Source of the DNA: the human T2T-CHM13v2.0 reference genome, Homo sapiens
Length of the DNA: 64,000 nucleotides
NCBI RefSeq assembly: GCF_009914755.1
Contig: NC_060942.1
Reading direction: 5' to 3' (one strand)
In this document: positions 40,389 through 52,376 of the stretch, in pieces
Position numbering within the stretch: the stretch's first letter is position 1
Layout of the letters: each line of letters begins with the position of its first letter
Notes under the pieces: model-generated
Told to the model about the DNA's origin: nothing
Databases searched by the model: none
What the model saw: the letters and a program-made list of their open reading frames with translations, nothing else
Position numbers and translations under genes: made by a program

Positions 40389-41982
40389 CTGGCAGACAGG
40401 GGTGGGGGATGGGAGGGAGGGGAGCAGGGTGGTGGAGCGGGTGGGGTGTGGTCGGGGTGGGGAAGGGTGTGGAGGGGAGGGGAGGGCGAAGAACAAGAAT
40501 CAAGGCTCAGCTTGACTCCCTCCTGGCGCGCTCCGGACCCCGACCCTAGGAGGAAAGTCCGAAGACGCTGGATCCGTGAGCGCCACCAGAAGGGCCCTGT
40601 CTGGGGTCCCGGCGCCGGTTCTGCGCCCTGCGGCTCCTCTCGCCACCTCCCACACACTTCGTCCCTCACTTTCCTAAAACCAACCACCTCAGCTCGGCTG
40701 TTGGCAGCAACAGCAGTGGCAGCAGCGACGGCAAAGTGGCGGCTGAGGCCGAGGCACCTCGTGGGCTCGTGTCCATGCCGGGCCAGATGAAGGGAAAGGC
40801 CGGGAAGTGGGGAGCCGGGGGTGCCCTGAAAGCTCAGAGGCGACCGACGGCGAAGGTTCCAGGTCAACTTGTGCCCGAAGCTTTGCTTTTCGCAGTTGGC
40901 CCAGTTTGGGGGAGGGGGTAGGAACAGGGGCCCGACCAGCGTGCGGGGTGTGCGAATCTTAGCTCTCCAAAAGCTGGGACCCCCTTCGATTATCCATGCT
41001 GCCCCGAGAAACTCCTAGGCTAATAGTCTGAGGGAGGAGATAAAGCCCTTTCTTCTCCCGGGAAAGTGCAGCGGAGCGCGGTGAGGACCCGCTCAGTGGA
41101 CTCGGCAGAGGCGGGAGCTGTCCTTATCAATTCGAGCTCATTTCCCTCAACCTGGCCCTGCCCGCTTCCCCGCTTCGCAAACTGTTGGCTTCCCCGTCAC
41201 CACTCAGTTTGGCTAATTTTCCAGAGATGGCTTTAAACCTGGCAGGAGAATCCTTCCACCACCGCCACCCCCACCCGGTGGCCCCCTCTCCCCCGTCTCG
41301 CTCATTTCAAAGCGCGGAAGTTCAGGCATCAATCTCCCCTTCCAGCGAGGGGCGGCACCGAGGACTCAGGGGGAGGAAGTGGGGCTGCGAGGACGCGTTT
41401 GGAGAGGGAGCCGGGAGGCCTGGAGGCCGGGAGGGATTCGTGTGCACGGTTTCCCCTCCCGGGCACCAGGCGCAGTCGCTTTAACTCCAGTAACTATGAG
41501 AAGTTCAAGTTAGAAGGCAGGTGTTGGGGGAGGGGTGGGGGCTGTCGAACGAGCGGGGGGGCGGGGGAGCAGTGGGGTGCGGGGTCTCTGCGCCCCACCC
41601 AGCATCGTCGCCTGCAGCCGCAGCTCCCTTCTGACCCCCTCGGTAGAGCCCCCAGCGGCCCCCCACTCGGGCACCCCCACTTCCCCGGCCCTGGAACTAC
41701 TTCTGTAAAAAGTCTGAGCCGCCCGCATCTAGGCAGAGGAGGGCAGGGTGGGGGAGGCGAGGCGAAATCGATACGCCAGGTCCTTAACCTGTAATTGCAC
41801 CTTCCAGGGCTGAGCAGAAAGGGACCCTCTGCTTGCATCCCGCCCGCGCGCCGGCCCGCCGGCCCGCCCGCCCGGGGGAGAGCCGCCGCCGCCGCCGGGC
41901 TCGGAGGGATCCCGGCGGACCTGCCCCTTCCACTGCGGCTCACTCTGCCCTGCCTGGCGCCGGTCCTGGATCGCCGGCTTCC

Positions 41983-41990
41983 TATTTATA
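41983..41990 (-). promoter_or_regulatory. Candidate TATA box (TATAAATA) in intron 1
   Basis: Minus strand reads GGTATAAATAGGAAG, an isolated AT motif in GC-rich DNA. Confidence 0.45.
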
Positions 41991-42412
41991 CCGGACTGGG
42001 CTCCTTTCGACTCACTTTACCATCCCGTTCCAGGTGGACCCTACCCTCCCTCGCGCTCCCTCCGCCGGCAGCACCCCCACGCCCGCCCCCAAAGCTCTGG
42101 CTTGCCTGAAACATCTTACAGAGTCTCTCTCCCTTTAAGAGGACCCGGTCATACCTCTCTCTAGCTCTCTCCGCTTCGTTGTCTCCCCCCGCCCCATCTT
42201 TTCCTATTCCCCTTCCTTCTTGTTCTTCTCCCTTGCCTTTCCTCCTCATCTGCTTATTTCTTGCAATAGGAGTTTTTTCTTTATGAGCGTTTGCCATACA
42301 ACTACCCCCCCGCCAACCCCTCTGAAAGACTCCCTCCCCGGCCCTTCCCCCTCCAACAATCCAAAAGACAGAACAAAATACACACAAGGCAGACACAAGG
42401 CCAGAAACTTAC

Positions 42413-42770
42413 CTGTTCTCAACCAGCTGCAAAGTCAAGGCTCACTTAAGCTCCCCCCAAAAATCAATTGTCCTTCCTTTTTAAAGGTTTGCTGTCTCCT
42501 TGGGAGGGGGAAAACACCTTCTGGTTCCCAACTCCAGGCAGTCACTCTTTACAATTTATTTTGTCGTACATCATTTGATCACCATGAATTAGCAACAGCA
42601 AGAAAATGTAGGAGAGGGAGAAAAGAGAGAAAGAGAGAGGGAGAGAGAGAGGGAGCAGAGCTTTCTGCAAGAGAAGAAGAAGAAAAAATGTACGTGTGAC
42701 AAATTATGCTACCAAGAAACAACACATCATTATCCTTGGGCCTGGGGCTCAGTGAGTCGTAACGAGAGTA
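42413..42770 (-). other. KLHL14: KLHL14 non-coding exon 1; 5' end approximate
   Basis: Perfect donor CAG|GTAAGT at 42413/42412, about 2 kb upstream of the exon 2 acceptor at the edge of the CpG island. The TSS cannot be fixed from sequence; ~42770 is an estimate. Confidence 0.7.
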
Positions 42771-43060
42771 ATAGGAAATCCACGGTTGGGGAGAGAAACG
42801 GTCGTGCTTGGCCAGTAGAGAGAGACCATACAGGGGGATGGATGCTGGAGAGACTCGCAAAATTATGGCTCAAGGCTATTGTAAAAATTGTCGAGCGTAA
42901 ATGACTGCGATTTCAAACATCTTTGGAAGAAAGAAGGGGAAAAAGCGAGCCCCCCCTCCCTCCCTCTCCCTCTCTCTCCCTCTCTCTTCTCTCTCTCTAT
43001 AAAGAACCGTCAAGTTTTAGTGCGCATTGCTAATTAGTCAATTTCTCTCTGCCTTCACAG

Positions 43061-43459
43061 GCTGGCGACTTCGCTGCTGAGCTGAAACTGCTAATTTCTG
43101 TGACCAGCTTTTTTCTTAGCTGTGATCTGGATGAATGAGTAGCTGTCTCACAGAGATGACAAAAATAAACTCTAATCCCCCCCAAAATTTCCACTACATC
43201 TTTCTCATGCATAGATTTATGATCTTCAAGTGCTCTGTGCAATATGCAAACTTTTTTTGTGTCTGTATATATGCTGTTGTTTCCAGATTTCACTACATTG
43301 GTATGCTGCTTTTCCCTTCCCCCCACACCTCCCCCCCACCCCCAGCACTGTGAAATGCAGAAACAGTCTGATCTCAAAGTATGCTAAGACACTACTTTAT
43401 TCTGTTTTGGTATTTGGGGTTTGGGTCTGTCCTGAAAGACACTAGCCCTTGCCTAAAAG
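43061..43459 (+). ncRNA. Candidate exon of an antisense/divergent lncRNA (KLHL14-AS-like)
   Basis: Branch-like GCTAAT (43029-43034), acceptor TTTCTCTCTGCCTTCACAG|G at 43060/43061, donor AAG|GTGAGT at 43459/43460, no convincing ORF. An antisense lncRNA is known at the Klhl14 locus, but I cannot confirm this exon belongs to it. Confidence 0.5.
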
Positions 43460-43671
43460 GTGAGTGGCTGAGGATACACACCGGGGTGGGGGAGTAGAGC
43501 TGGTAGACAGAATAGAGGACAGCCCTTTGCTTTACATTTGCTTCCCACAAGGCACTGTTCAAGGTTTATGATCTTATTTGAAAACATATTTTCTCTATCA
43601 TTTTGTCTGGTTAAACAACTGCCTCTGAACTTCTCTGTCAGCTCTTCAACAGATAAGGGTGCAGAAGTCAC

Positions 43672-43672
<1 letters not shown>

Positions 43673-43706
<34 letters not shown>
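43673..43706. repeat. T34 homopolymer
   Basis: Directly visible; no adjoining Alu or L1 body. Confidence 0.95.
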
Positions 43707-43709
<3 letters not shown>

Positions 43710-46700
43710 GAAAGATTATCATATTGTTGGATTTGTATTTCAATTAGGAGTCTTTGATTTGCAGGAGCTAGAATCAAGTGCTAGGAAACCCAGCCGCAAT
43801 TTCACAAATGTAACCTTTCAACTTTAGAGCTCATCTGATATATAAGGGCAACCACATAGTGCTCACATTTTTGACCCTGCTTAGCATGCAAAAGGAACCC
43901 CAGCATGTTTCTGGAATTTTAGCTGTACCAGAGATTCATGTGCATTTTGGTAGAGGACATGTTCTCCAGACTTATCTCATGATGTATTGCACCCTTATGT
44001 TTATAGCCCTGCATTTCGGTTGTCAATGGGGGTTGGAGGTGTCCAAGAAAGAAAGAAAAAAAAGAAGCAGAAAAAGGAAGGTATGCCCTTGAGTAAAATG
44101 AACACGAAGAAAGCTGGACATGAACTAAATTGAGCTTTGTTTGCTATTAACTATATGACTATGATTCATTCTAATTTATATGTGCTCTGATTAGTAAACT
44201 TATTAAAATACGTATCAGGGCACCATTGCAAGACATCTATTCAGACCCCCCATCATCCTCTTTGATTTGTGAGAGATGGAAAGACACCTGCTTAGGAAAG
44301 GGAGGAAAATTAAAAATTCTGAGGTTCAGAAATAGGGATTCCCCATTTACAATGATAACATTAACGTGCACATGGGATAGTCACACTTAAATGAATTAAG
44401 AAGGATCAAACTGAAGCATTTAACCCTCACAAAGCCCCCCCACTTTTTTTGTCAAGGTTCTAGATTATCTGAGAGTAAGACTTCTTTATTCAGATCCTGT
44501 TGAGATGCTGCATTCTCATATTTATGTTTATAGTGGAAATGCCCCAATACATGATTAAATCATAGAAAAGAATTTTGCTGTTGTTGTTGTTTAGGGCAGA
44601 GGAGAGAAAGACAACAGATTATACAATTCTCCTGGCCCTATTATTGTTTTGATTTTTGTTTAAATTTCCCTTATTTGGGTGTTGAACAGGAAGATCATGT
44701 GACTCTAAGATAGAACATTTTTGGAGTTCTGTGTCACTAGCAATTAAAGCTATCAAGTATGTGGAGTGTCACAAAACTCTCATACATGTAAAGTGCAATT
44801 TTTATATTATGATTTTGATGTTGATCTTTTATGAACTTCTCATGAAGTATTTGGAACTAAGCCCAAAGGCAATAATAGTATTGATCACTTAAATTATGGC
44901 CACCTTCCTGTTTTATCTTGAAAGAATTAAAGTATGTTTGTAGGCCTCAAAATAACTTAGTTTCAAATTTCTATTTTTTTATGGATAGGATATATTGACC
45001 ACTAATTATGATTACCAGGCTCTTTATTGCTTCCAAACAATATAAAAGCCACATTTCAAAAATTTTAGCTACCTATAATTTTAATGCTTATTTAACAACT
45101 AGGGTGGAAAGGGAAGAGAGTGGGATTGGGAGCTGGCAATTCTAAAATGGCTGTTGAAGTGGATAAAAACATTTTCTTCTGCATTCTAAAGTTATCTGAT
45201 AATGTTTAAATTTCAGAAAAAAATACAATTCTGGTTATTGTATAAGCAATTAAAAAAGAATATTGATAAAGGGTCCCTTCATAATCTGTGCATAAACTAG
45301 CATATATGATATGTAAATCTCACACCTCCAGTATCTTATACTGGCTTTGACTGAAATTATTGCAGAACTCACAAATGAGACGACACTATTTACAATAAAT
45401 CTCGTTATGAAAGATTCAATTTGCAGCAATCAGATGCTAGCTACTAAGCGATTTTAAGTATTTGAATTTTATCCTACTTCAGTGTTCAACATACAGAAAT
45501 TGCATCTGTGTGTTTGATCTGTCCTGCTGAGCGCTATCAGCAGCTTGCATCTCTGCCACTATTGTTTTTAAAATGGCAGGAAGGACGTGACTAGTCAGGA
45601 GCACTCAGCAGGATGGATTTCACGTGGCATAAGAGGAGCCAGAATTGTCTTTTTTTAAAAAAAATTAAATATGATTGTGTAGTCATCTAATGCAAGCCAT
45701 CTTCATACTTCGATAGAATTATCAAAATTATTCATTAGTGAATTTGCATTTAAACCATGTACAATGGAAAGATTCTGAAACTATGGCCACTGAGCAGTCT
45801 ACTAGAGCTGCCATTAGTTTCTAGTGGTCTGGTCAGCCTTCAAGGTGGCAGAGATCCAGGCCTATCAGTGGTTCCAGTTGCTCAGGATCATCTCACTGGA
45901 CTGGAGGAACTGAAGATTATCTTTAGAGCAGTTCTAGAAATGTTTTGCTGCTTAACATATAGGGGCAGCCACACTGAATCTTTATTTTCCTTATTCTTGA
46001 CTTTTCTGCTTAGGATTTATGAGTTATCACCAAATTGCATAAACATCAGAGCCTGGTCTCCCCTGTGTCTTTTGGATAGTAAACACTATTTCAATGTGAT
46101 CTGACCTTTAAGATTACTGTCATTGTGGAATGGATGTATAAGGGAAGAAATTATTCCATTTTACACATGGAATAAAATTGAGTAAAGAGGGATCACATAG
46201 CTCCTTCAAAGTTAGGGAGTGGCAAAACCCAGGCACAACTCAAGATTTCTAGTTTTTTTTTTTTTTTTAAATCTTGAGTAGATGGGTCAAAGATATCACA
46301 GAACCATCAGCACTGAGAAGCTTATTAAAGAACACAAAATCTGAAATAACAATAAGAAATGGTGCTATTGGCTAACATTTAGGCAAAAGCCAATGGTTTG
46401 CTATTGCTCTGCTGTCAAGCCCAACTCTGTGGCTCACATTCTGGGTTCCCAGTATTTAGCTCTAGCTCCTCTGGGCAGCCTGTTCTGGACACGCTCCACT
46501 GTTAAACTGCAGCACCTATTGTTAGGCTGTGTCTTTTTGAGAGGCCTTCATTCTCTACAAATAGAAATTCCACTTACCTCTCAAGAGTAAACTCAGATTT
46601 CTTTCCACTATAAAACTTTTCCTGGCAACCTCTAACAGAATAATAATGGCTACTACTTATTGAGTTTATTACTGCATGGTGGACACTGTTCCAAATCCTT

Positions 46701-46745
46701 CAGATGTTTTATTTTCTTAATCCTCTTGCTAATCCTATGGAAGAC

Positions 46746-47216
46746 TATGGCAGATTGCAAAAATACCTCCATGTCTCCACCCTTCCTGGTATACACACTA
46801 CATTATAATATGGCTTTGCTGCTCTTCTCATCAAGAGTGGAATCGACTTACCTAATCCTTGAATGTGAGCTGGCCTTGTAACTTGCTTTGACCAATGGAA
46901 TGTGCCAGAAGCGACCTTGTGCCAATTCTGAGTCTAAGCTTCAAGAGGCCTTGTGTGTTTCAACTCTCCCTCTTAGAGCCCTGCCAGATACCATGTGATG
47001 AAGCCCAGGCTAGCCTGGTAGAAGATGACACATCACATGGACAAAACATTCCCCAGATTGCCCAATAGCTGAACTCAGATGCATGAATGAGCCCAGCTGA
47101 GACAGGAGAACCAACATGCTCCAAATGACAGATCCACAGAACCCTGAGCTACATCAATGGCTGCTGTTTCAAGTCATTAGCTTTTGGGGTGATTTGTTCC
47201 ATAGCCAAATTAGCTG
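46746..47216 (+). mobile_element. MLT1H-like MaLR solo LTR inserted in a MIR
   Basis: tggcagattgcaaaaat...ttgaatgtgagctggccttgtaacttgctttgaccaatggaatgtg...gctgtttcaagtcattagcttttggggtgatttgtt; MIR halves on both sides. Confidence 0.75.
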
Positions 47217-48199
47217 CTGAAGAAAGGTACAATTATTATCATTTTACCAATGAGCAAAATGAAATGCAGAGAAATCACGTAAATTTTTCAGAATCACACA
47301 ACTTTTCAAAAGTAGTGCTTAGGTTCAAACCAACACAGCCTGACTCCAGGGATTTACCATTCTACTGTACTGGCCACAAAAGAAATGCCTGCCTCTAGGA
47401 AACATTTGTTTATTTATTCATGCATTCATTCATTCATCAAGTATATATTAAGTATCTATTGAACACCAAACACTGTGCTAAACATCAAGGAAACAATGAT
47501 GAATAAAACTGCATTCTTGTCCTCAAGAGGCTTACACTCCAGTAGAAGAGACAAGCTGGTAAATTAGCTTCAGCAAGTGAATAATTATACTTGATAATTG
47601 CTCTGATACGGGTATGTATAAGGACTTACTGAAGCAGAAAGAAGCTCGCCTCTAACTTCCTCAGAGTACATATTGTCTGTAACACTCTTTCAACATTTAT
47701 TATTTACTGCTTTGTTAATTGCTTATTCAGGGAAATCTGTTATCATCTTAACTAGATTATAAGCATCCAGGGGAGAAAAAGCTCTCTGTCTGGTAAAAAT
47801 CTCCCATAGTACGTAGCTTTGTGCTTTGCCCATAGTAGTTATTCAATAAATATATTGATGGACTATTAAAGGTGAATTTTCAAATGTATCAGAGAAAGAG
47901 CAGAGAGAACAAGGGAAGAATTTAACAATCAGAGACTGTCAGGTATTTGACTAAACTGGTATTAGTCAATCTCCAGATTATACTGATCTACTGTCTTAAA
48001 ATTAATAAAATCTTTATTCTATTGTGAAATTACTGCTCACAGCACATAGCTAAGAGTTTGATGGGACCTTAGTAAGTGCTTCCTCCAAACATTTTACCTA
48101 TAGCCACAATCACCCAGCAAAGCTCTCCAAAACTTTGAAGAGAGTAGTTGCTTTAATAGTAATTAAACTACTCAACAAAGGTAGCACCGAGCTGCAATT

Positions 48200-48435
48200 C
48201 TGTGCATGAATTCTGGAGGCAGATTCCCTGGAATTGAATCCTTGTTCTGCCACTTTCTATCGGTGTGACCTTGGGCAAGTAACCTCCCTGTGCCTGCTTT
48301 CTTCATTTGAGAATGGGATAATTGTAGAACCTATCTCAACGGATCTTACGGTGTTTAAATTTTTGTAAATATTTGTAAGTCCTTAAAACAGTACCAGACA
48401 CATAGTGAATGCTTTGTGAACATTTGTTAAATAAA
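48200..48435 (+). mobile_element. MIR SINE
   Basis: ctgccactttctatcggtgtgaccttgggcaagtaacctccctgtgcct. Confidence 0.7.
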
Positions 48436-51400
48436 AAGTAGACAGATGTAGCTAGAGAATTCTCTTCCTAGTTTTCCTTTTTTTTCTTTTCTACAGATTA
48501 TGCCTAGTGCTCAACAAATATTGGATGATGAAAAGAATACATCTACTTTTCTTAGGGTTGTAAGGATTCATGATACTACTCAAGAGGCAACTGGTCACTT
48601 TAATGAAAGTACCACTATTTTTGGCTTTGCTCTCTAGATATCGTATATCTATATATGTTGTTTACCTGTAGTTTTAAAAACCACCACCCTTTTCCCGCTG
48701 GGGACATTGGTGTTTCACACATGTCTTGAGTAATTAAGATTTTTAAAAATTAAGGATATTTCGCCTTTCTGGGAGTGTGATCTCCCTATGAGAATATGCC
48801 TCTTGTAAAGGAAATTCTTCATCCTTCTTCAAAAAAGGAGGAGAGGGAACACAAGAAGTGCCTGGTGCAGAGCTCCAGTTCCTACTTTGTGGTTGTGAAA
48901 TGTTCAAGATACTGTAAAATCACCATGATCTTTAGCCATGCACCAATGGTGGTTGTGTGTGTTGGCTGCTGCACTGTCCTCTGCCAGCCTATAGGCGAAA
49001 AAGCAGGACATACAGATTTTCCTGCAGGAGGAAGCAGCACTAAAAGCATTCTGAATCAAGATGGATGGAGAACCATCCCAATAAACACAACTGGATATTA
49101 AAAACTAAGGATATTTATTACTAATGATGGTTTAATAACAGGTTGCTGAATAGATTCAGAACTCTGAAAAGTAGCTTTTTGGCACTAGGCCTTCATGACA
49201 GTGACTGAGATGAGAAAGAATGTTGTGATTGGCTTCTGTCTCTGACATTACCTGAGCCTCTAGACAAATCACTTTTCTTTTTTCAGGTCTCAGTTTTCCC
49301 ATATGTGAAGAGAGAGAGCATTTCCTTCATTTAACTACTGTATAGGCTTGCATTCAGGAGAAGTGAACTGAATGTTCCCCAAAGTATAATTGGGAGCTCT
49401 CCTAGTGATTTGCGGTATAAGTTGGATGTTAAACAGGAGAATAAGGAGGAACATATTCTTCTCCCCTTGAAAACTTCCCAGAGGCTGGAGGTCAGAAGAA
49501 TTTACCCAGTCATCTTTGCGGACGTCATCAGATACAAACAAGTAAAACATGTCAGTGTATTTTGAGTGCATTGGCAGAAATTATATTACTTATATTCACA
49601 AATTATTTTATATGCATCAAAAGTTTTCAAAGGATTGGAGTTGATTGGAAAGTATTTTTTATATTCTGAATGCTTATTTTAGAAGGGTATGAAACTCTCT
49701 ATAAGCAAGACAATGCATCTTCATCATAAAGAGTTATCATCCAAATTCGCAAATTATTAAAATCACCTTCTCCACCTCAAATTTTTCTTTCATTTGTGGC
49801 AATAATTTTGTTCTTTCTCTTACCAGTTCTTAAAAATGAATATATGTATTGCTATGTTGGAATATTCAACAGCCCATTGAAAGTTTTATAGTTAATGGAA
49901 AGAAATGATCTAAATTTCTTAGTCAAATATCTATATGCCCAGATAGTAATCAAATATTATTGTATCTTTGCAAGGATCTATTACCTTGACTGCAGTGCTA
50001 GATTCCCTACAGGTGACCTGTTTATATCTTGAGGTATTTATTTATTATTGCTCTTTGCTTCTTTGATATTAGTGCAAATCTCTCCAACTTTCCATTTAAA
50101 AAATATTTCTCTGTTGTTTTGTTTATCCTTATCCTCCTTATTCCTCCACTCCACCCCAGTACACCCAATCCTATTTCCATTTCTATTGTTTATTTTATAA
50201 TACCATATTTCATAGTATTCCAGTAAAGTTGTTCAAATTGTTCAGATTCTGAGTTAATATAGTAATTATTGAAGTATTGTCTGAAAGTTTGGATAAATTT
50301 GGGGAGTCGATTGTCTAAGGTGACAAATCAAGAATTCTGATGAGTATTTCTTTTTAGTTGTTTAGAGACAACCCAGGAACTAAAGGATATATTTTCTCAA
50401 AATCAAATAGTAACATGTAGCCACAGCTAATACGACACAATAAATCTGCATCGAAGTCTTTTCATTTTGTCTTTATGTCTTAATTGAGCTTAGAGCAAGA
50501 CATGGGTCAAGATAAGGACTGACTCAAGTCCTCTGTAGGGTTTTAAATTCCAACTGCTAGAATATTTGGTCTTGTTTTATTCCTTTTGATGTGTATTAAT
50601 TTTCTTGACTTTTTAACAGTAGTGTCAAAAGCAGCTAAATACTTGCAGAGAGAATTTCACTCCATGTGGAAGAGAAACACTTTAATTGTGTATGATGCAG
50701 ATTTTTACAGCTCTCATCTTTGAGACATGCTTTTAATGTAACTGTCTCCATAAACCTGAAATACATATATTATTGACATAAAATTCTATAGAGTCTCTGA
50801 AATGGGTAAAAATTGTCAGTTGAATCTTATATGTATATGCTTATTTGCCCATTTAATGAAAAGTACTGTAGATGTTTGGTGGAAAACTGAAATATAATGA
50901 TTTTCTTTAGGTAATATGTACAGTACTTAATTTAGAAGGTGAAATTGTGTGTGTTTGTGTATTTGTTGTTGTTTCCCAAAGTTAGTATTTCTCAGCATGG
51001 GTAGCTGTTAGTATGTGCTAACTTCATCTTTTGAAACTATTATTAGTAAAACAATTTATTTAGTTGTTTTCTAAGATACAGAGTACTTTTAAGATAAACA
51101 TTTAAATTTTAGAACATGTTTAGATTTACAGGAAAATTAAGAAGAGAATACAGAGTTCTCATATACCCAGTGCCCAGTTTTTCTTAACATATCTCATTAG
51201 TATGATGCGTTTGTTATAACTGATGAGTAACATTGATTAATCATTATTAGCTGAATCATTATTCACTGAATGTGTAGATTATTCAGATTGCCTTAGTTTT
51301 TATGTAATGTTCTTTTTCTGTTTTTAGGATCCCATCCAGGAGACCACATGACATTTAGTTGTCATGTTTCCTTAGGTTCATTTTGGCTGTATATTTTCTC

Positions 51401-51834
51401 AGTCTTTTCTTGTTTTTGATGACCTTGATGATTTTGAGAAGTACCAGTCAGGTAATTTGTAGAATGATCCTCAGTTAAAAGTTGTCTGATGTTTTCCTCA
51501 TGATTAGACTGGGATTATGGGTTTTTGGGAGGAGGACCACCGTGGTAAAGTCTCGTTTCATTACATAATATCAGGGATACATGCAATAAATATGACTAAT
51601 CACTGCTGATGTTAAACTTATTCACCTAGCTGATTTAGTGTTTGTCATGTATCTCCATAATAAGATATTATTTTCTTTTTATCACTCTTTCCATATTGTA
51701 CTTCTTGGAAAAAAGTCACTATGCACAGTCCAATCTTAAGGAGTGGAGAGCAACTTCTTCAATTCCTTCTGGGTGGAGTATTTACATAAATTACTTGGAA
51801 TTCCCCTGCAAGAAAAATTTGTCTATTCCTACCC

Positions 51835-51877
<43 letters not shown>

Positions 51878-51879
51878 TA
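51835..51879. repeat. (TTTA)n tetranucleotide repeat
   Basis: Directly visible. Confidence 0.9.
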
Positions 51880-51979
51880 TCAATACAAACTCATGGATAT
51901 TTATTTTACACTTTGAGTTATAATCCAATACTGCTTTATTTTCCTGATTAAACTATTCCAGCTTTAAAAGGACATATAG

Positions 51980-52376
51980 TTCCTTCTTTCCTTCCTTCCT
52001 TTTCTTCCTTCCTTCCTTTTCATTCCTTCCTTCCTTCCTTTTGTCTGTCCTCCCCACCCTCCTTTCTTCCTTTCTTCCTTCCTGCCTTCTTGCCTTTCTT
52101 CCTTTCTTCCTTCCTTCCTGCCTTCTTGCCTTTCTTTCTTTCTCTTTCTTTCCTTCTTTCTTTCTTTTCCTTCCTTCCTTCCCTCCCTCCCTCCCTTCCT
52201 TCTTTCCTTCCTTCCTTCCCTCCCTCCCTTCCTTCTTTCCTTCCTTCCTTCCCTCCCTCCCTTCCTTCTTTCCTTCCTTCCTTCCTTCCCTCCCTCCCTC
52301 CCTTCCTTCTTTCCTTCCTTCCTTCCCTCCCTCCCTCCCTCCCTTCCTTCTTTCCTTCCTTCCTTCTTTCTTTCTC
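51980..52376. repeat. (TCCT/TCCC/TCTT)n polypyrimidine tract, ~400 bp
   Basis: Almost pure C/T on the plus strand. Confidence 0.95.

Larger units (their letters stand above)
39400..42150. promoter_or_regulatory. CpG island over exon 2 and intron 1 of KLHL14
   Basis: Sharp change from AT-rich flanks to GC-rich, CpG-dense sequence (e.g. cgcccgcgcgccggcccgccggcccgcccg at ~41841). Confidence 0.92.

Noticed and set aside
39453-40790. Overlapping and antisense ORFs (308, 155, 135, 114, 112 aa)
   Set aside because: Shadows of the GC-rich KLHL14 CDS and CpG island; no domain signature.
40389-40867. Upstream extension of the 490-aa ORF beyond the exon 2 acceptor
   Set aside because: It starts at TTG, crosses a good acceptor into intron 1, and long stop-free frames are expected in GC-rich DNA. 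In the spliced mRNA an in-frame TGA lies about 10 codons before the end of exon 1.
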